Assembly (NCBI GenBank): GCA_045863395.1
Contig: BTVJ01000006.1
Coordinates: 1-64,000 of the forward strand
Length of the DNA: 64,000 bases
DNA from: Myxococcales bacterium
GTDB taxonomy: Bacteria; Myxococcota_A; UBA9042; JABWCM01; BTVJ01
Reading direction: 5' to 3'
Shown: piece by piece, positions 27,858 to 39,024 of the stretch
Position numbering within the stretch: position 1 is the stretch's first letter
How the letters are laid out: each line of letters opens with the position of its first letter
The notes under the pieces: generated by a model
Database searches by the model: none
Told to the model about the DNA's origin: nothing
The model's input: the letters and a program-made list of their open reading frames with translations, nothing else
Program-made: the position numbers and the translations under genes

Positions 27858-28886
27858 TCAGTGCGAGTGGTCGCAGCCCGGGCCGTGCTCGTGCTCGCCG
27901 CCCTCGTCCTCGTCCTCGTCGTCGTCGTCGGGGAACAGCAGGTCCGAGACCAGCAGGTAGCCGAACACCTTGAGCTTCGTCGTGCGGTTGGGCGTCTCGG
28001 GGGGCGCCATGTCCGTGTCCAGCAGCTCGGCCAGCTCGGCCTCCAGCATGTCCAACGTCTCGGCGTCCACCGGCAGGAAGGCGCCCAGCTCGGCCCCGTC
28101 CGACCACATGTAGACTCGCGCCAGCAGACCGTCGCCCTCGGCCAGCACGTCGACGACGTCCTCCATGACCTCCACGGAGACCTCCGTGTCGTCATGGACG
28201 CGGAGCAGCGACACCACGCCGCGGTCCTGGTCTACGTCGGTGACCCGGTAGAGGTCATAGTGGGTCCGCTCCATGACCAGGGTGGCGGCCTTCTCCTCGT
28301 CGGTGAGGTCGGGCTGCCCCTCCCGGAAGCGGGCGAGCACGCCCTTGCCCTCGTGCCACCGCCAGTCATGGACCAGATAGTCGCGGGCCATGTTGACCGC
28401 GGCCTCCATGAAGGCGGCCTCCTGGTCGTCCTCGGGCTGCTCGTGGGTCGCCTCCATGTCCATGACGTCGGACATCGCGAGGGTCACTTCTCGCCAGGGC
28501 AGCGACTTCTCGATCCAGTCGGAGAGGCGCTCCCACAGCGTGTCTCCGGCCAGCAGCGACGGTGCCCCCTGGGTGCCCTCACCCCGCAGGGGGTCGGGCA
28601 CCGCCGGCAGGTCGAGCACCCAGTACAGCTCCAGGTCGTCGATGGCTGCCGTGATGCCGTACAGCCCGTCGTAGGCGGTCATCTCGGAGTCCTCGTCGGC
28701 CTCGGGCTCGGCCTCCAGCGCGGCGCGCAGGGCGCACAGCTCGTCGAGGGCCTTCTGCCGCGCCTCGTCCGAGGTGAGCTCGCCCGCCTCGCCCGCTGCG
28801 CCCAGGCGGTCGAGCGTCTCGCGGACCTGAGCGTACAGGGCACCAATGCTAGCGTTGGGGGTTCCGAGGGTGGCCTCGTCGGTCAT
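27858..28886 (-). CDS. Acidic hypothetical protein with His/Cys-rich C-terminal tail
   Basis: Start MTDEATLG after GGAGGAAGG; ends DDDDEDEDEGGEHEHGPGCDHSH. Confidence 0.8.
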   Translation of the reverse strand: MTDEATLGTPNASIGALYAQVRETLDRLGAAGEAGELTSDEARQKALDELCALRAALEAEPEADEDSEMTAYDGLYGITAAIDDLELYWVLDLPAVPDPLRGEGTQGAPSLLAGDTLWERLSDWIEKSLPWREVTLAMSDVMDMEATHEQPEDDQEAAFMEAAVNMARDYLVHDWRWHEGKGVLARFREGQPDLTDEEKAATLVMERTHYDLYRVTDVDQDRGVVSLLRVHDDTEVSVEVMEDVVDVLAEGDGLLARVYMWSDGAELGAFLPVDAETLDMLEAELAELLDTDMAPPETPNRTTKLKVFGYLLVSDLLFPDDDDEDEDEGGEHEHGPGCDHSH

Positions 28887-29094
28887 GGGATCCTTCCTCC
28901 GTAAGACGCGGCGGCGGCTGTCTGCAGCCGTTGCGGACTGGCCTGCCGTCACCCGCGTGCCGCGCCTACATACCCCACACGCCTCGGCGGTGCAAGCGCA
29001 TGACACGGGCGAGGGTCGCCGCTATGCTGTGCCGCCCCGGGGCCCGCCCGGCGGCCCCCATGTGGAAGCTCGCGAGCAGGCGAGAGGTGACGGT

Positions 29095-30405
29095 ATGGCG
29101 GACAAGCCCAGGATGGTGTTCTGCGACGCGCAGGGCCGCATCTACGACCACCCCAAGCTCCTCCTGGCCGTCGACGACGGCTCGGGCCCTCGCCCCGCCG
29201 AGGCCCACGAGCTCATCGAGCTGCCGCGGGGCAGCGACGTGTTCACCCTGCCTGGCCGCGCCCCCATCGGCATCGACCCGCGCTCCGGTGAGCCCGTGGT
29301 GTTCGACTCCATGAGGGGTCACCCCGTCGACGGCGTCGCCGCGTTCATGGCCCCCGCGTACACCCAGTCCGCGCGCCCGTCCTTCCGCGCCCGCACCGGC
29401 GCGCCGCCGCTCTCCATCTACGCCTACACGGCCATGGGCTTCCACAAGGGGCGCTTCGTCGTCGCGGGCCTGCGGGTGGACGCCGACAAGCGGCAGGACC
29501 CCTACCGCTTCGACCGGGCCGAGATCGAGCGCCGCGTCGCCGAGCGCAACAGGACGCTGGGCGACAACCGGGTGGTGGGGCAGCTCAACCGCTGCGCCCT
29601 GGAGTACGGCTGCCGCGCGGCGCAGAACTACTTCCTCGACCGCTGGGAGGCCCCGCTGCCCATCAGCGTCGCGTGCAACGCCCAGTGTGTCGGGTGCATC
29701 TCGCTACAGCCCGACGGTGAGTTCAAGGCGAGCCACGATCGCCTGAGCACTGCGCCGACCCCGCGCGAGGTCGCCGACCTTGCGCTCGGCCACATCCGGC
29801 GCGTGGAGCAGGCCGTGGTCAGCTACGGCCAGGGCTGCGAGGGGGAGCCCACCCTCATGAAGGATCTCATCGTGGAGGCGACGCGGCTCATCCGGCAGGA
29901 GACAACGGACGGCACCGTCAACCTCAACACCAACGGCGGGCGCCCGGACGTGGTGGCGCGCATGGCCGAGGCCGGGCTCGACAGCATCCGCGTCAGCATG
30001 AACAGCCCACGGGAGTCCCTGTACCTGCCCTACTACAACCCGCGGGGGTATGGCCTCGCCGATGCCGTGGACTCGCTGCGCGTCGTCAAGCGCGCGGGTG
30101 GGTTCGCCAGCATCAACCTCTTCGTGTTCCCGGGCGTGACCGACACCGAGGAGGAGGCTGTGGCCCTCGAGGCGCTCGTCGCCGACGTGGACCTGGACAT
30201 GATCCAGCTCCGCAACTTGAACATCGATCCAGACAAGTACGCCGCGATCCTCCCCCCAGGATCCATCCGCCGGGGGATGGGAGTCCGCGCCCTCATGGAC
30301 CGACTCCGCGGGCGCTTCCCGCACCTGCGATTCGGATACTACAATCCGCCCAAGGAGCGCTATCGGACGTGGCGTGAGCGCGCCGCGACCGAGCGGCCGG
30401 TCTGA
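29095..30405 (+). CDS. Radical SAM protein, uncharacterised family
   Basis: CNAQCVGC (CxxxCxxC), SYGQGCEGEP, NLNTNG, LDSIRVS; GAGG RBS. Confidence 0.9.
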   Translation: MADKPRMVFCDAQGRIYDHPKLLLAVDDGSGPRPAEAHELIELPRGSDVFTLPGRAPIGIDPRSGEPVVFDSMRGHPVDGVAAFMAPAYTQSARPSFRARTGAPPLSIYAYTAMGFHKGRFVVAGLRVDADKRQDPYRFDRAEIERRVAERNRTLGDNRVVGQLNRCALEYGCRAAQNYFLDRWEAPLPISVACNAQCVGCISLQPDGEFKASHDRLSTAPTPREVADLALGHIRRVEQAVVSYGQGCEGEPTLMKDLIVEATRLIRQETTDGTVNLNTNGGRPDVVARMAEAGLDSIRVSMNSPRESLYLPYYNPRGYGLADAVDSLRVVKRAGGFASINLFVFPGVTDTEEEAVALEALVADVDLDMIQLRNLNIDPDKYAAILPPGSIRRGMGVRALMDRLRGRFPHLRFGYYNPPKERYRTWRERAATERPV

Positions 30406-30417
30406 CCAGATCCCCTC

Positions 30418-30486
30418 ACCGACCGCTGAGTCAGTCTCTGGTGCCTGTGAACTGCGCACATGAGCCGAACTGACTCCCGAGTCGGA
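30418..30486. promoter_or_regulatory. Two imperfect 18-bp palindromes (ACTGACTC-N2-GAGTCAGT-like), candidate operators
   Basis: 30418-30435 ACCGACCGctGAGTCAGT and 30469-30486 ACTGACTCccGAGTCGGA, just upstream of TTGACA at 30501. Confidence 0.45.
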
Positions 30487-30576
30487 GTGACATTGCGGAG
30501 TTGACACGCTCGCGAAGGCGCGTGAAACTGGCCCCGCAGTCGAGGTCCGGTCCAACCCTGACTCCACGTTGGGAGC

Positions 30577-31347
30577 ATGCTGAACCTACGGTCCTTTCGA
30601 GACTATCCGGACGTGTTCCGGGACGGCGGCGAGGACGCGGTCCTCTCCGACCGAGAGAAGGAGGCCGCGGCTCTGCTGGCTGTGCGCAGCCGGCGGCAGC
30701 TCTGGGTGCTCGGCCGCCTCACCGTCAAGGAGCTGGTACAGCGCTGGTATGACGAGCACGGCGCCCAGGTGCCTGGCGCGCGGCAGATCAGCGTGCTGCC
30801 GGCCCCCGGCGGTGCGCCGACCATCCGGGTGGAGGGTGACCCGGTGCGGCGCCTGTCCACGAGCATCTCCTATTGCGACGCCCACGCCTTCGCGTCCGTG
30901 CGGGACGCGGACCCGGGCCACCGCTTCGCCGTGGTCATGGACCGCATCGAGCCCCTGTACCCCTTCTTCGACGACTCGCTGTTGACGGAGGACGAGGTGT
31001 CTCGCGTGCGCCACGAGGAGGCGGCCACCCAGAACCAGCTCCTGACCGCGTTCGGGTGCCTGAAGAAGGGGGTGGGCAAGGCGCTCGGGCTGACGTCCGC
31101 GGCCCCTGCCTCCCACGTGGAGGTGCTGGCCGTCACGCCTGGTGGCGAGGCCACGGTGCGCTACGATCCCGAGCTGTTCGGCGGGGACACGCGCCCGGTG
31201 GTGCGCGGCCGCGTCTGGTTCTACGACACCTACGTACTCGCCTTTGCGGGGCTGTGGCGCAGCGAGGAGGCCGCTCCTCCCGCCCTGGCGCGCATCGAGG
31301 AGGAGCCGGTGCTGCCCGACTCCCGCTACACGGAGTGGAGCCGCTGA
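30577..31347 (+). CDS. Sfp-type 4'-phosphopantetheinyl transferase-like protein with degenerate active site
   Basis: Fold cues LSDRE...RR...GR..VK, GAP, SISY, LLTEDE, CLKKGVGKALG; lacks GxDxE and WxxKEA. Confidence 0.7.
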   Translation: MLNLRSFRDYPDVFRDGGEDAVLSDREKEAAALLAVRSRRQLWVLGRLTVKELVQRWYDEHGAQVPGARQISVLPAPGGAPTIRVEGDPVRRLSTSISYCDAHAFASVRDADPGHRFAVVMDRIEPLYPFFDDSLLTEDEVSRVRHEEAATQNQLLTAFGCLKKGVGKALGLTSAAPASHVEVLAVTPGGEATVRYDPELFGGDTRPVVRGRVWFYDTYVLAFAGLWRSEEAAPPALARIEEEPVLPDSRYTEWSR

Positions 31348-31382
31348 CCGCGGCGGAGGCCCCGAGGGCCCGAGAGGTTGCC

Positions 31383-32651
31383 ATGGCGGTGTCGGTCCGC
31401 GAGATCATGAACCTGCCGGAGCACCGGCCCGTGAGGGCGACCCTGGTCGTCGACCAGGGGGACGGCGCCGTCCGCGTGCTGCGAGCCCTCCGGGAGGCGG
31501 GGGTGGACGCGGTGCTCCTGAGCGGCCGGGGGCACGCTGCTCCGGAGCGCGCGCTGGCGCATCGGATCGTCGCGCTGCCAGGCTTCCCGTGGAGCGCCCA
31601 CCGCCAAGGCGACCCGGCGCGCCTGGTGGACGCCATCGTGGACGCCGCGGACGCCTGCGGCGTGGACTCCATCCACTTCGGGTATTCCCCCGCGGGCCAT
31701 GACCCGCGGGTCGTCGGCGCTCTGGAGCGGCACGGGCTCGTCGTGCTCGGCCCGAGCCGTGCGACGCTGGAGCGGGAGCTGGAGCGCTCGGCCGAGCCCG
31801 CGGCCGCGCCCGTGGTCGGCGTGGTCGTGGCCGTGGATGCCTGGGGCTCCGCCGTCGCGCTGGGTGATCGGGACGCCATCGCCCGCGCCGACGGGCGCGT
31901 CGTCGCGGACTGCTCCCCCTCCTCCCTCGGAGACCGGGACAAGGTGTGGCGGGAGGCCGTCCGCGTCGCCCTGGCCGTGGGTCTGCGCGGAGTGGGGACC
32001 GTGGACGTGGCCGTGGACGACGCGGGCGCCCCGCTGGGAGTGCGCGCGGTTCATGGCGGCCTGCACCCCGGGGACCTGGTCGTGGAGGAGACCACGGGCA
32101 TCGATCTCGTGGCCGAGCAGCTCCGCCTCGCCTCCGGCCACCCCGTCGCACTCCCCACGGACGCCCGCGGCCACGGCGCCGCCGTCCAGTGCCGTATCCT
32201 CGCCATCGACCCGCTCGACGGGGAGACGGCGGACCGTGGCGTCATCCGGGGCCTCACGCTGCCTTGTGGGGCTGGCGTCCGCGTGGAGCCGAAGGTCGCG
32301 GTGGGCAGCGCGGTCGACCCGGCGGACCCGGTCATCGCGCGCATCGCCTGCAGGGGGCGCGACCGGGACGCCGCGCTCCGCCGCCTGGACACGGCGCTGG
32401 CGACCACGTCCGTCGTGGGAGTCAGGACCAACGTGCCGCTGCTGCGCGCCGTGATCGGCGACGGCGAGCTGGATGCCGGTGGCCTGGACGACGCACTTCG
32501 CCGCGCCGGCCAGCGCCTCGCGCAGCCCGATCATGAGACGGAAGTAGCCATCGCTGCCCTGATCGCGGCGCACTGGGTCAAGGCGCCATCGAAGCCCGTC
32601 ACCAGCCGCTGGCACGCCCATGGGCGGGTCCTCGACATGGGCGGGGTCTGA
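31383..32651 (+). CDS. Biotin carboxylase-like protein, ATP-grasp lid deleted, catalytic residues lost
   Basis: Collinear with AccC (VDQGDGAVRVLRA, SIHFGY, LGPS, RGVGTVD, EETTGIDLVAEQLRLA, GVRV, GVRTN) but no GGGGRG loop, QRRHQK or EMNTR. Confidence 0.8.
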   Translation: MAVSVREIMNLPEHRPVRATLVVDQGDGAVRVLRALREAGVDAVLLSGRGHAAPERALAHRIVALPGFPWSAHRQGDPARLVDAIVDAADACGVDSIHFGYSPAGHDPRVVGALERHGLVVLGPSRATLERELERSAEPAAAPVVGVVVAVDAWGSAVALGDRDAIARADGRVVADCSPSSLGDRDKVWREAVRVALAVGLRGVGTVDVAVDDAGAPLGVRAVHGGLHPGDLVVEETTGIDLVAEQLRLASGHPVALPTDARGHGAAVQCRILAIDPLDGETADRGVIRGLTLPCGAGVRVEPKVAVGSAVDPADPVIARIACRGRDRDAALRRLDTALATTSVVGVRTNVPLLRAVIGDGELDAGGLDDALRRAGQRLAQPDHETEVAIAALIAAHWVKAPSKPVTSRWHAHGRVLDMGGV

Positions 32652-33132
32652 TGCCCCGCCCGACCACCTTGCGGGTCACGCTGGACGGCGAGCGCACCTA
32701 CGACGTGGAGCTCCGGCAGGTGGACGGGCGCACCGTCGCGCGGGTCGATGGCCGCGACCTGGTCGTCGAGCTGCGGGAGGGGACGCTGGGTGGCCTCGTG
32801 GACGGCCGCCCCGTGGAGCTTGCGGCTGGCGACGGCGCGGTGTTTCTCCCGGGCTGTCGCCCCCTGCGGCTGGAGGTCGCAGGTACGGCGCCCGTCCCTC
32901 GCGTCGAGTCCCATCCGCCTGGCGCCTGTGAGGTCAAGAGCCCTATCACCGGCATCGTCGTGGCGGTCCTTGCGACGCCGGGCTCCCTGGTGGCGCAGGG
33001 CGAGCCGCTGCTGCTGGTCGAGGCGATGAAGATGGAGAACCGCATCCGCGCCCCCCGCGCCGGCCGGGTGGCGCACGTCGCAGTCGCCCAGGGAGACCTC
33101 GTGCGTGCAGGCCAGCCGGTGGCGGGCCTCGC

Positions 33133-33136
<4 letters not shown>
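32651..33136 (+). CDS. Biotin carboxyl carrier protein
   Basis: VKSPITG, intact EAMKMEN biotinylation motif; TGATG overlap. Confidence 0.92.
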
Positions 33137-34593
<1,457 letters not shown>

Positions 34594-34661
34594 CCCCCTG
34601 GACCGCACGGAGCCGAGCGGCTACAGTCCCCCGCTGGACTCACCTCTGCGAGGATGAAGGA

Positions 34662-35450
34662 ATGCGACTCGCCCTGGCTCTGCTGTTCGCCCTCACCGCC
34701 TGCGGGGACGACACCTCCGGCAACGCGATCATCGGCTGTCTGGACCCCTCCAGCGGGCGCTACGTGTCCTGCACGGGGGACACGCGGTGCGTGGACCCGG
34801 CCTCCGGTGTTCAGGTCCAGTGCCTGGCCCCCGGTGGCGACACGCCGTTCCAGAGCGGGGGCGACGGGGCCGGTGGCGCCGTGGACGCCGTCAGCGCCGA
34901 CGCAGGGGGCTCTCCAGACGCGGGTCCAGCAGGAGACACCGGGGGCGCGGTCGCGCCGGACCTCGGCGGGTCCCCCGGTGGCACCCTGACCTGCGAGCAG
35001 GTGTTCGCGTGCTTCGACGCGTGCGCCGGCGACGCGGCCTGCCAGAAGACCTGCACCGACGGCGGCACGCCCGCCGCCCTGGCGGGCTTCTCCCTGTTCA
35101 CGAGCTGCTCCAACACGAACGGCTGCGCGGCCGCCCTGTCCAGCGGCTTCACGGGCGGCTACATCTCCTGCGTCTATCGCTTCTGCCTCGGCGAGTACCA
35201 GGGCTGCTTCGGCGCGCTCATCGCGGGCACCCAGACCTGCTCCCAGATGGTCACCTGCATGAACGGCTGCCCGGAGGGCTCCGCGGTCTGCCTCAAGACC
35301 TGCGGCGAGGCGGGCACCCTGGACGCCCAGCTCCTGTACTTCGACATCCTGTCATGCGGCGAGAAGGCCTGCCCGGGCAAGGTGGGCCAGGCGTGGGCGG
35401 ACTGCGTGAACGCGAGCTGCACCGCCGAGCTGACCGCCTGCGGCAAGTAG
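34662..35450 (+). CDS. Cys-rich lipoprotein
   Basis: MRLALALLFALTAC lipobox; two repeats of CxQxxxCxxxC...CxxxC. Confidence 0.8.
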   Translation: MRLALALLFALTACGDDTSGNAIIGCLDPSSGRYVSCTGDTRCVDPASGVQVQCLAPGGDTPFQSGGDGAGGAVDAVSADAGGSPDAGPAGDTGGAVAPDLGGSPGGTLTCEQVFACFDACAGDAACQKTCTDGGTPAALAGFSLFTSCSNTNGCAAALSSGFTGGYISCVYRFCLGEYQGCFGALIAGTQTCSQMVTCMNGCPEGSAVCLKTCGEAGTLDAQLLYFDILSCGEKACPGKVGQAWADCVNASCTAELTACGK

Positions 35451-35451
35451 C

Positions 35452-37137
35452 TCACCCCGCGAGGATCACCACGACCGTCAGCGTGGACCCGGCCGGCGCG
35501 TCCATGTCCAGGTGGACGCCGACGCCCACCCGGTGGTAGCCCTCGGCGCCGGCCTGCGGCGGGACCGCCACGTCGTCCACCTCGGAGACCTGGTGGACCC
35601 AGGCGTAGGCGCCGCGGCTGGTGAGCTTCGCCCTGTCGGCTCGCTCCAGCGCCGAGTGAACGTCGGGGCGGGCGCTCCTGGCCTCGGCGTCGGCCACGAG
35701 CTGCACCCGCGGGTCCTCCTGGAGCGGGGCCAGCCCCGCCGCCTCTCGTACCTGGTCGATGCGGTCGAGGATCCGCTCCCGAGCGGCGTTCACGTCCACC
35801 GCGACGACGGGCCGCGCGAAGACCTGGGTCACGTACCACGTGCGGCGGCCGTCCTCTGCGCTCGGCACCGCGGCGACGCCCACGTGGGTGTTGTGCGTCG
35901 ACAGGATGTTCTTCCTGTGGCCCAGCGAGCGCATCAGCCCGACCTCCGCGGCCCAGAGGCTGGTGTTGCGGGCGACGTTCTCCGCGAAGCCGAGCGCCTT
36001 GTAGCCCGCGTCCTCCAGGCGGTCGCCGACGCTCCCGGTGGTCGGCGAGACGTGGCCGAAGAAGCCGCTGCGCTCCATGTCGGCGCTGTGACCACGCGCC
36101 ACCTGGTCGAGCACCCGGTCCCGCTGGAGGGTCGGGAGCCCGAAGCGGGCGCGGTCCGCGTCGATGAGGGCGTAGACCAGCTCGGCGGCAGCCTCCGCCG
36201 TCTCCAGGTGCGACTCGTCGGGCGGGTAGCGGCCCGTCCACTGGGTCGGGGGCGCGCTCCCCACCGTCACGAGCACCTGCGCCAGGGGTGTCGGTCCCGT
36301 GGAGAGGGTCGCGAGCAGCTCGATCCACAGCTCGCCGGGCTCGTCACCCACCTCGACGGGCACCTCCACGCGCCGCGCGACCGCCTGCACCTCCAGGTCG
36401 CGGACCTCCAGGTCGGGGCCCATGATGAGGACGTGGGGCCTCGTCGCGTCCGGCGGCAGCTCGGCGCTGAAGGTCAGGGTCTGGCCAGGGCGGGCGCTGC
36501 GTGGCAGCGGGCGCATGCGGAGCTCGCTGCGGCTGACCAGCACGGCGATGGTCCGTGGCGGCACCGCGCCCAGCTCCCAGGCCTCGCCCACGCCCACGCG
36601 GATCGGGCGCCGGTCGTGGGGCTCGGACAGCACGAGCGCCTTCACCCGCTCGACGATGGCGGCGTCCCCCTCCGCAGACGTCGCCGTGAAGCTCTGGCGC
36701 ACCCCCCAGTCGGCCGCGCCGGCGGAGAGGAGCAGCCACTCCAGGGCCTCTCCGGGGATGAGGCCGTCCTCCACCGAGTAGAGGTGCGCCAGCTCCCGCG
36801 CCGCGTGCCCGAGCGCCGGGTCGTACTCCACCTCCAGGCCCTTGACCAGGGTGGCGTACTTGCGGTCGGCCTCCGTCCACTCGGGGCGTCCGTACCAGGC
36901 CGCGGGGGGCTCGATGAGCTCGAAGGAGAGGGTGGCGCCAGCCTCGGGGCTCCGCGCGCGCGCCGCAGTGTCGCCTCGGTCCGCGCGGCGGGCCTCCTCC
37001 GCCTCCCGGGCGAAGCGCCGGACCCGGCGCGGGCTCTCCGGTGCGTCCCCCTCGAGGGCGGGCCGCACCACGTCCCACAGCCGGACGGCGCCGACGGCGA
37101 GGGCGGCGAACACCAGCAGCGGGAGCAGGCGCTTCAC
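35452..37137 (-). CDS. CAP (SCP-like) domain protein
   Basis: ALIDADRARFGL, ARGHSADM...FFGHVSP, ENVA, MRSLGHRKNIL, YVTQVF; N-terminal hydrophobic helix. Confidence 0.85.
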   Translation of the reverse strand: MKRLLPLLVFAALAVGAVRLWDVVRPALEGDAPESPRRVRRFAREAEEARRADRGDTAARARSPEAGATLSFELIEPPAAWYGRPEWTEADRKYATLVKGLEVEYDPALGHAARELAHLYSVEDGLIPGEALEWLLLSAGAADWGVRQSFTATSAEGDAAIVERVKALVLSEPHDRRPIRVGVGEAWELGAVPPRTIAVLVSRSELRMRPLPRSARPGQTLTFSAELPPDATRPHVLIMGPDLEVRDLEVQAVARRVEVPVEVGDEPGELWIELLATLSTGPTPLAQVLVTVGSAPPTQWTGRYPPDESHLETAEAAAELVYALIDADRARFGLPTLQRDRVLDQVARGHSADMERSGFFGHVSPTTGSVGDRLEDAGYKALGFAENVARNTSLWAAEVGLMRSLGHRKNILSTHNTHVGVAAVPSAEDGRRTWYVTQVFARPVVAVDVNAARERILDRIDQVREAAGLAPLQEDPRVQLVADAEARSARPDVHSALERADRAKLTSRGAYAWVHQVSEVDDVAVPPQAGAEGYHRVGVGVHLDMDAPAGSTLTVVVILAG

Positions 37138-37144
37138 ACCGACG

Positions 37145-38926
37145 TCAGGACTTCACGCGGATGTGCAGCTCGTCGAGCTGTCCCGTGTCCACGGTCGTCG
37201 GGCAGTCCAGCATCAGGTCCGTCGCCTTCTGTGTCTTGGGGAAGGCGATGACGTCGCGGATGCTCGGCGCGCCCGTCAGCAGCATGATCAGCCGGTCCAT
37301 GCCGATGGCGAGGCCCCCGTGGGGCGGGGTCCCGTAGCGCAGCGCCTGCATGAAGAAGCCGAACTTGTGCTCGGCGTCCTCCGGCGTCAGGCCCAGGATG
37401 CGGAACATGTCCGCCTGGGTGTCGGCGTCGTGGATACGGATGGACCCGCCTCCGAGCTCCGTGCCGTTGAGCACGACGTCATAGGCCTGCGCGCGCACCT
37501 TGGACGGGTCGGTCTTCATGGTGTCACGGTCCTCGGGGTGCGGGCTCGTGAAGGGGTGGTGCATGGCGTAGTACCGCCCCTCCTTGGCGTCGTACTCGTA
37601 GAGGGGGAAGTCCGTGACCCACAGGAAGGCATACTTGTCCGCGGGGCGGAGCCCGAGGCGGTCGCCCAGGTGGTTGCGGAGCGCCGCCATGGACGCGTTG
37701 CAGATGGCGTGGTCGTCGGCGACGAACATGGCGATGTCGCCCGGCTCGAGCTCCAGTGCCGCGGTGAGGGCGGCGCGCACGTCGTCGGAGAGGAACTTGA
37801 CGATGGAGCCCTGGTGGGTGCCGTCCGGGTTGACCTTGAAGTAGGCGACGCCCTTGGCCCCGTAGGGCTTGACCACTTCGGGCAGGCCGTCCAGCTCGGA
37901 GCGGGACATGAGCGCCCCGCAGCCCTTGGCGTTGATGCCCTTGACCAGGCCGCCCCGCTCGACGGTCTGGACGAAGACCTTCATGTCGGAGCCCGCCATG
38001 ATGGCGCTCACGTCCCGGAGCTCCATGCCGAAGCGCAGGTCGGGCTTGTCGATGCCGTAGCGGTCCATGACCTCGCCATAGGTCATGCGCTGGAACGGCG
38101 TCGGCACCTCAACGCCCAGGACCTCGCGCCAGATGCGCGCGAGCAGCCCCTCGATGGTCGCGTACACGTCGTCCGGCGCGACGAAGCTCATCTCCACGTC
38201 GATCTGGGTGAACTCGGGCTGCCGGTCGGCGCGCAGGTCCTCGTCGCGGAAGCAGCGGCAGATCTGGTAGTAGCGGTCGTAGCCCGCGATCATGAAGAGC
38301 TGCTTGAAGGTCTGCGGCGACTGGGGGAGCGCGTAGAAGTGGCCCGCGTGGACGCGCGACGGCACCAGGTAGTCGCGCGCCCCCTCCGGGGTGCTCTTCA
38401 TCAGGATCGGGGTCTCGAGCTCCAGGAAGGCGTTGTCTGCGAAGTAGTTGCGGGTGATGTTGTTCACCTGCGACCGCAGGATGAAGTTGCGCTGGAGCGG
38501 CCGGCGCCGCAGGTCCAGGTAGCGGTAGGTCAGGCGCGTGTTCTCGTTGGTGTCCAGGTCGTCGCGGATCTCGAAGGGCGGCGTGTCCGCCTTGCTGAAG
38601 ATGGTCATCTCCAGGGCGCCCACCTCGATCTCGCCAGTGACCATGCGCGGGTTCACGTTGGTGCCCCGGTGGATCACCGTCCCACGCACCCCGAGCACGA
38701 ACTCGTTGCGGACCCGGTCTGCCAGCGCGTGCGCCTCGGCGCTGATCTCGGGGTCGAACTTGACCTGGGTGATGCCCCAGCGGTCCCGCAGGTCCACGAA
38801 GACGCACCCGCCATGGTCCCGATAGCTCTGGACCCAGCCCATGAGCACCACGTCGGCCCCAGCGTCCGTGCCGCGGAGCGCCCCGCAGTTGTGAGTTCGC
38901 TTCCAGTCGTAGAGGAACCGTGCCAC
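37145..38926 (-). CDS. aspS: Aspartate-tRNA ligase
   Basis: [74 protein letters not shown] start after GGGAG. Confidence 0.97.
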   Translation of the reverse strand: MARFLYDWKRTHNCGALRGTDAGADVVLMGWVQSYRDHGGCVFVDLRDRWGITQVKFDPEISAEAHALADRVRNEFVLGVRGTVIHRGTNVNPRMVTGEIEVGALEMTIFSKADTPPFEIRDDLDTNENTRLTYRYLDLRRRPLQRNFILRSQVNNITRNYFADNAFLELETPILMKSTPEGARDYLVPSRVHAGHFYALPQSPQTFKQLFMIAGYDRYYQICRCFRDEDLRADRQPEFTQIDVEMSFVAPDDVYATIEGLLARIWREVLGVEVPTPFQRMTYGEVMDRYGIDKPDLRFGMELRDVSAIMAGSDMKVFVQTVERGGLVKGINAKGCGALMSRSELDGLPEVVKPYGAKGVAYFKVNPDGTHQGSIVKFLSDDVRAALTAALELEPGDIAMFVADDHAICNASMAALRNHLGDRLGLRPADKYAFLWVTDFPLYEYDAKEGRYYAMHHPFTSPHPEDRDTMKTDPSKVRAQAYDVVLNGTELGGGSIRIHDADTQADMFRILGLTPEDAEHKFGFFMQALRYGTPPHGGLAIGMDRLIMLLTGAPSIRDVIAFPKTQKATDLMLDCPTTVDTGQLDELHIRVKS

Positions 38927-39024
38927 GTTCGTTCTCCCGCGTTCGTGGGGCCAGATTCCGGCCCCGAAGGAGGCGCATCCTAGCCTGCAATTTTCACTGC
39001 GTCGAGGGTCCGCGGAGAGTGTCT

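Noticed and set aside
23723..28195. 1490-aa ORF read as one giant protein
   Set aside because: Only the last 678 aa (from ATG 25759, with lipobox) are protein-like; the rest overlaps pnp and the acidic gene in another frame.
30577..32651. Calling the PPTase-like and biotin carboxylase-like genes pseudogenes
   Set aside because: Both frames are uninterrupted, have RBSs and keep structural motifs, with losses concentrated at catalytic sites; treated as pseudoenzymes pending a dN/dS test.
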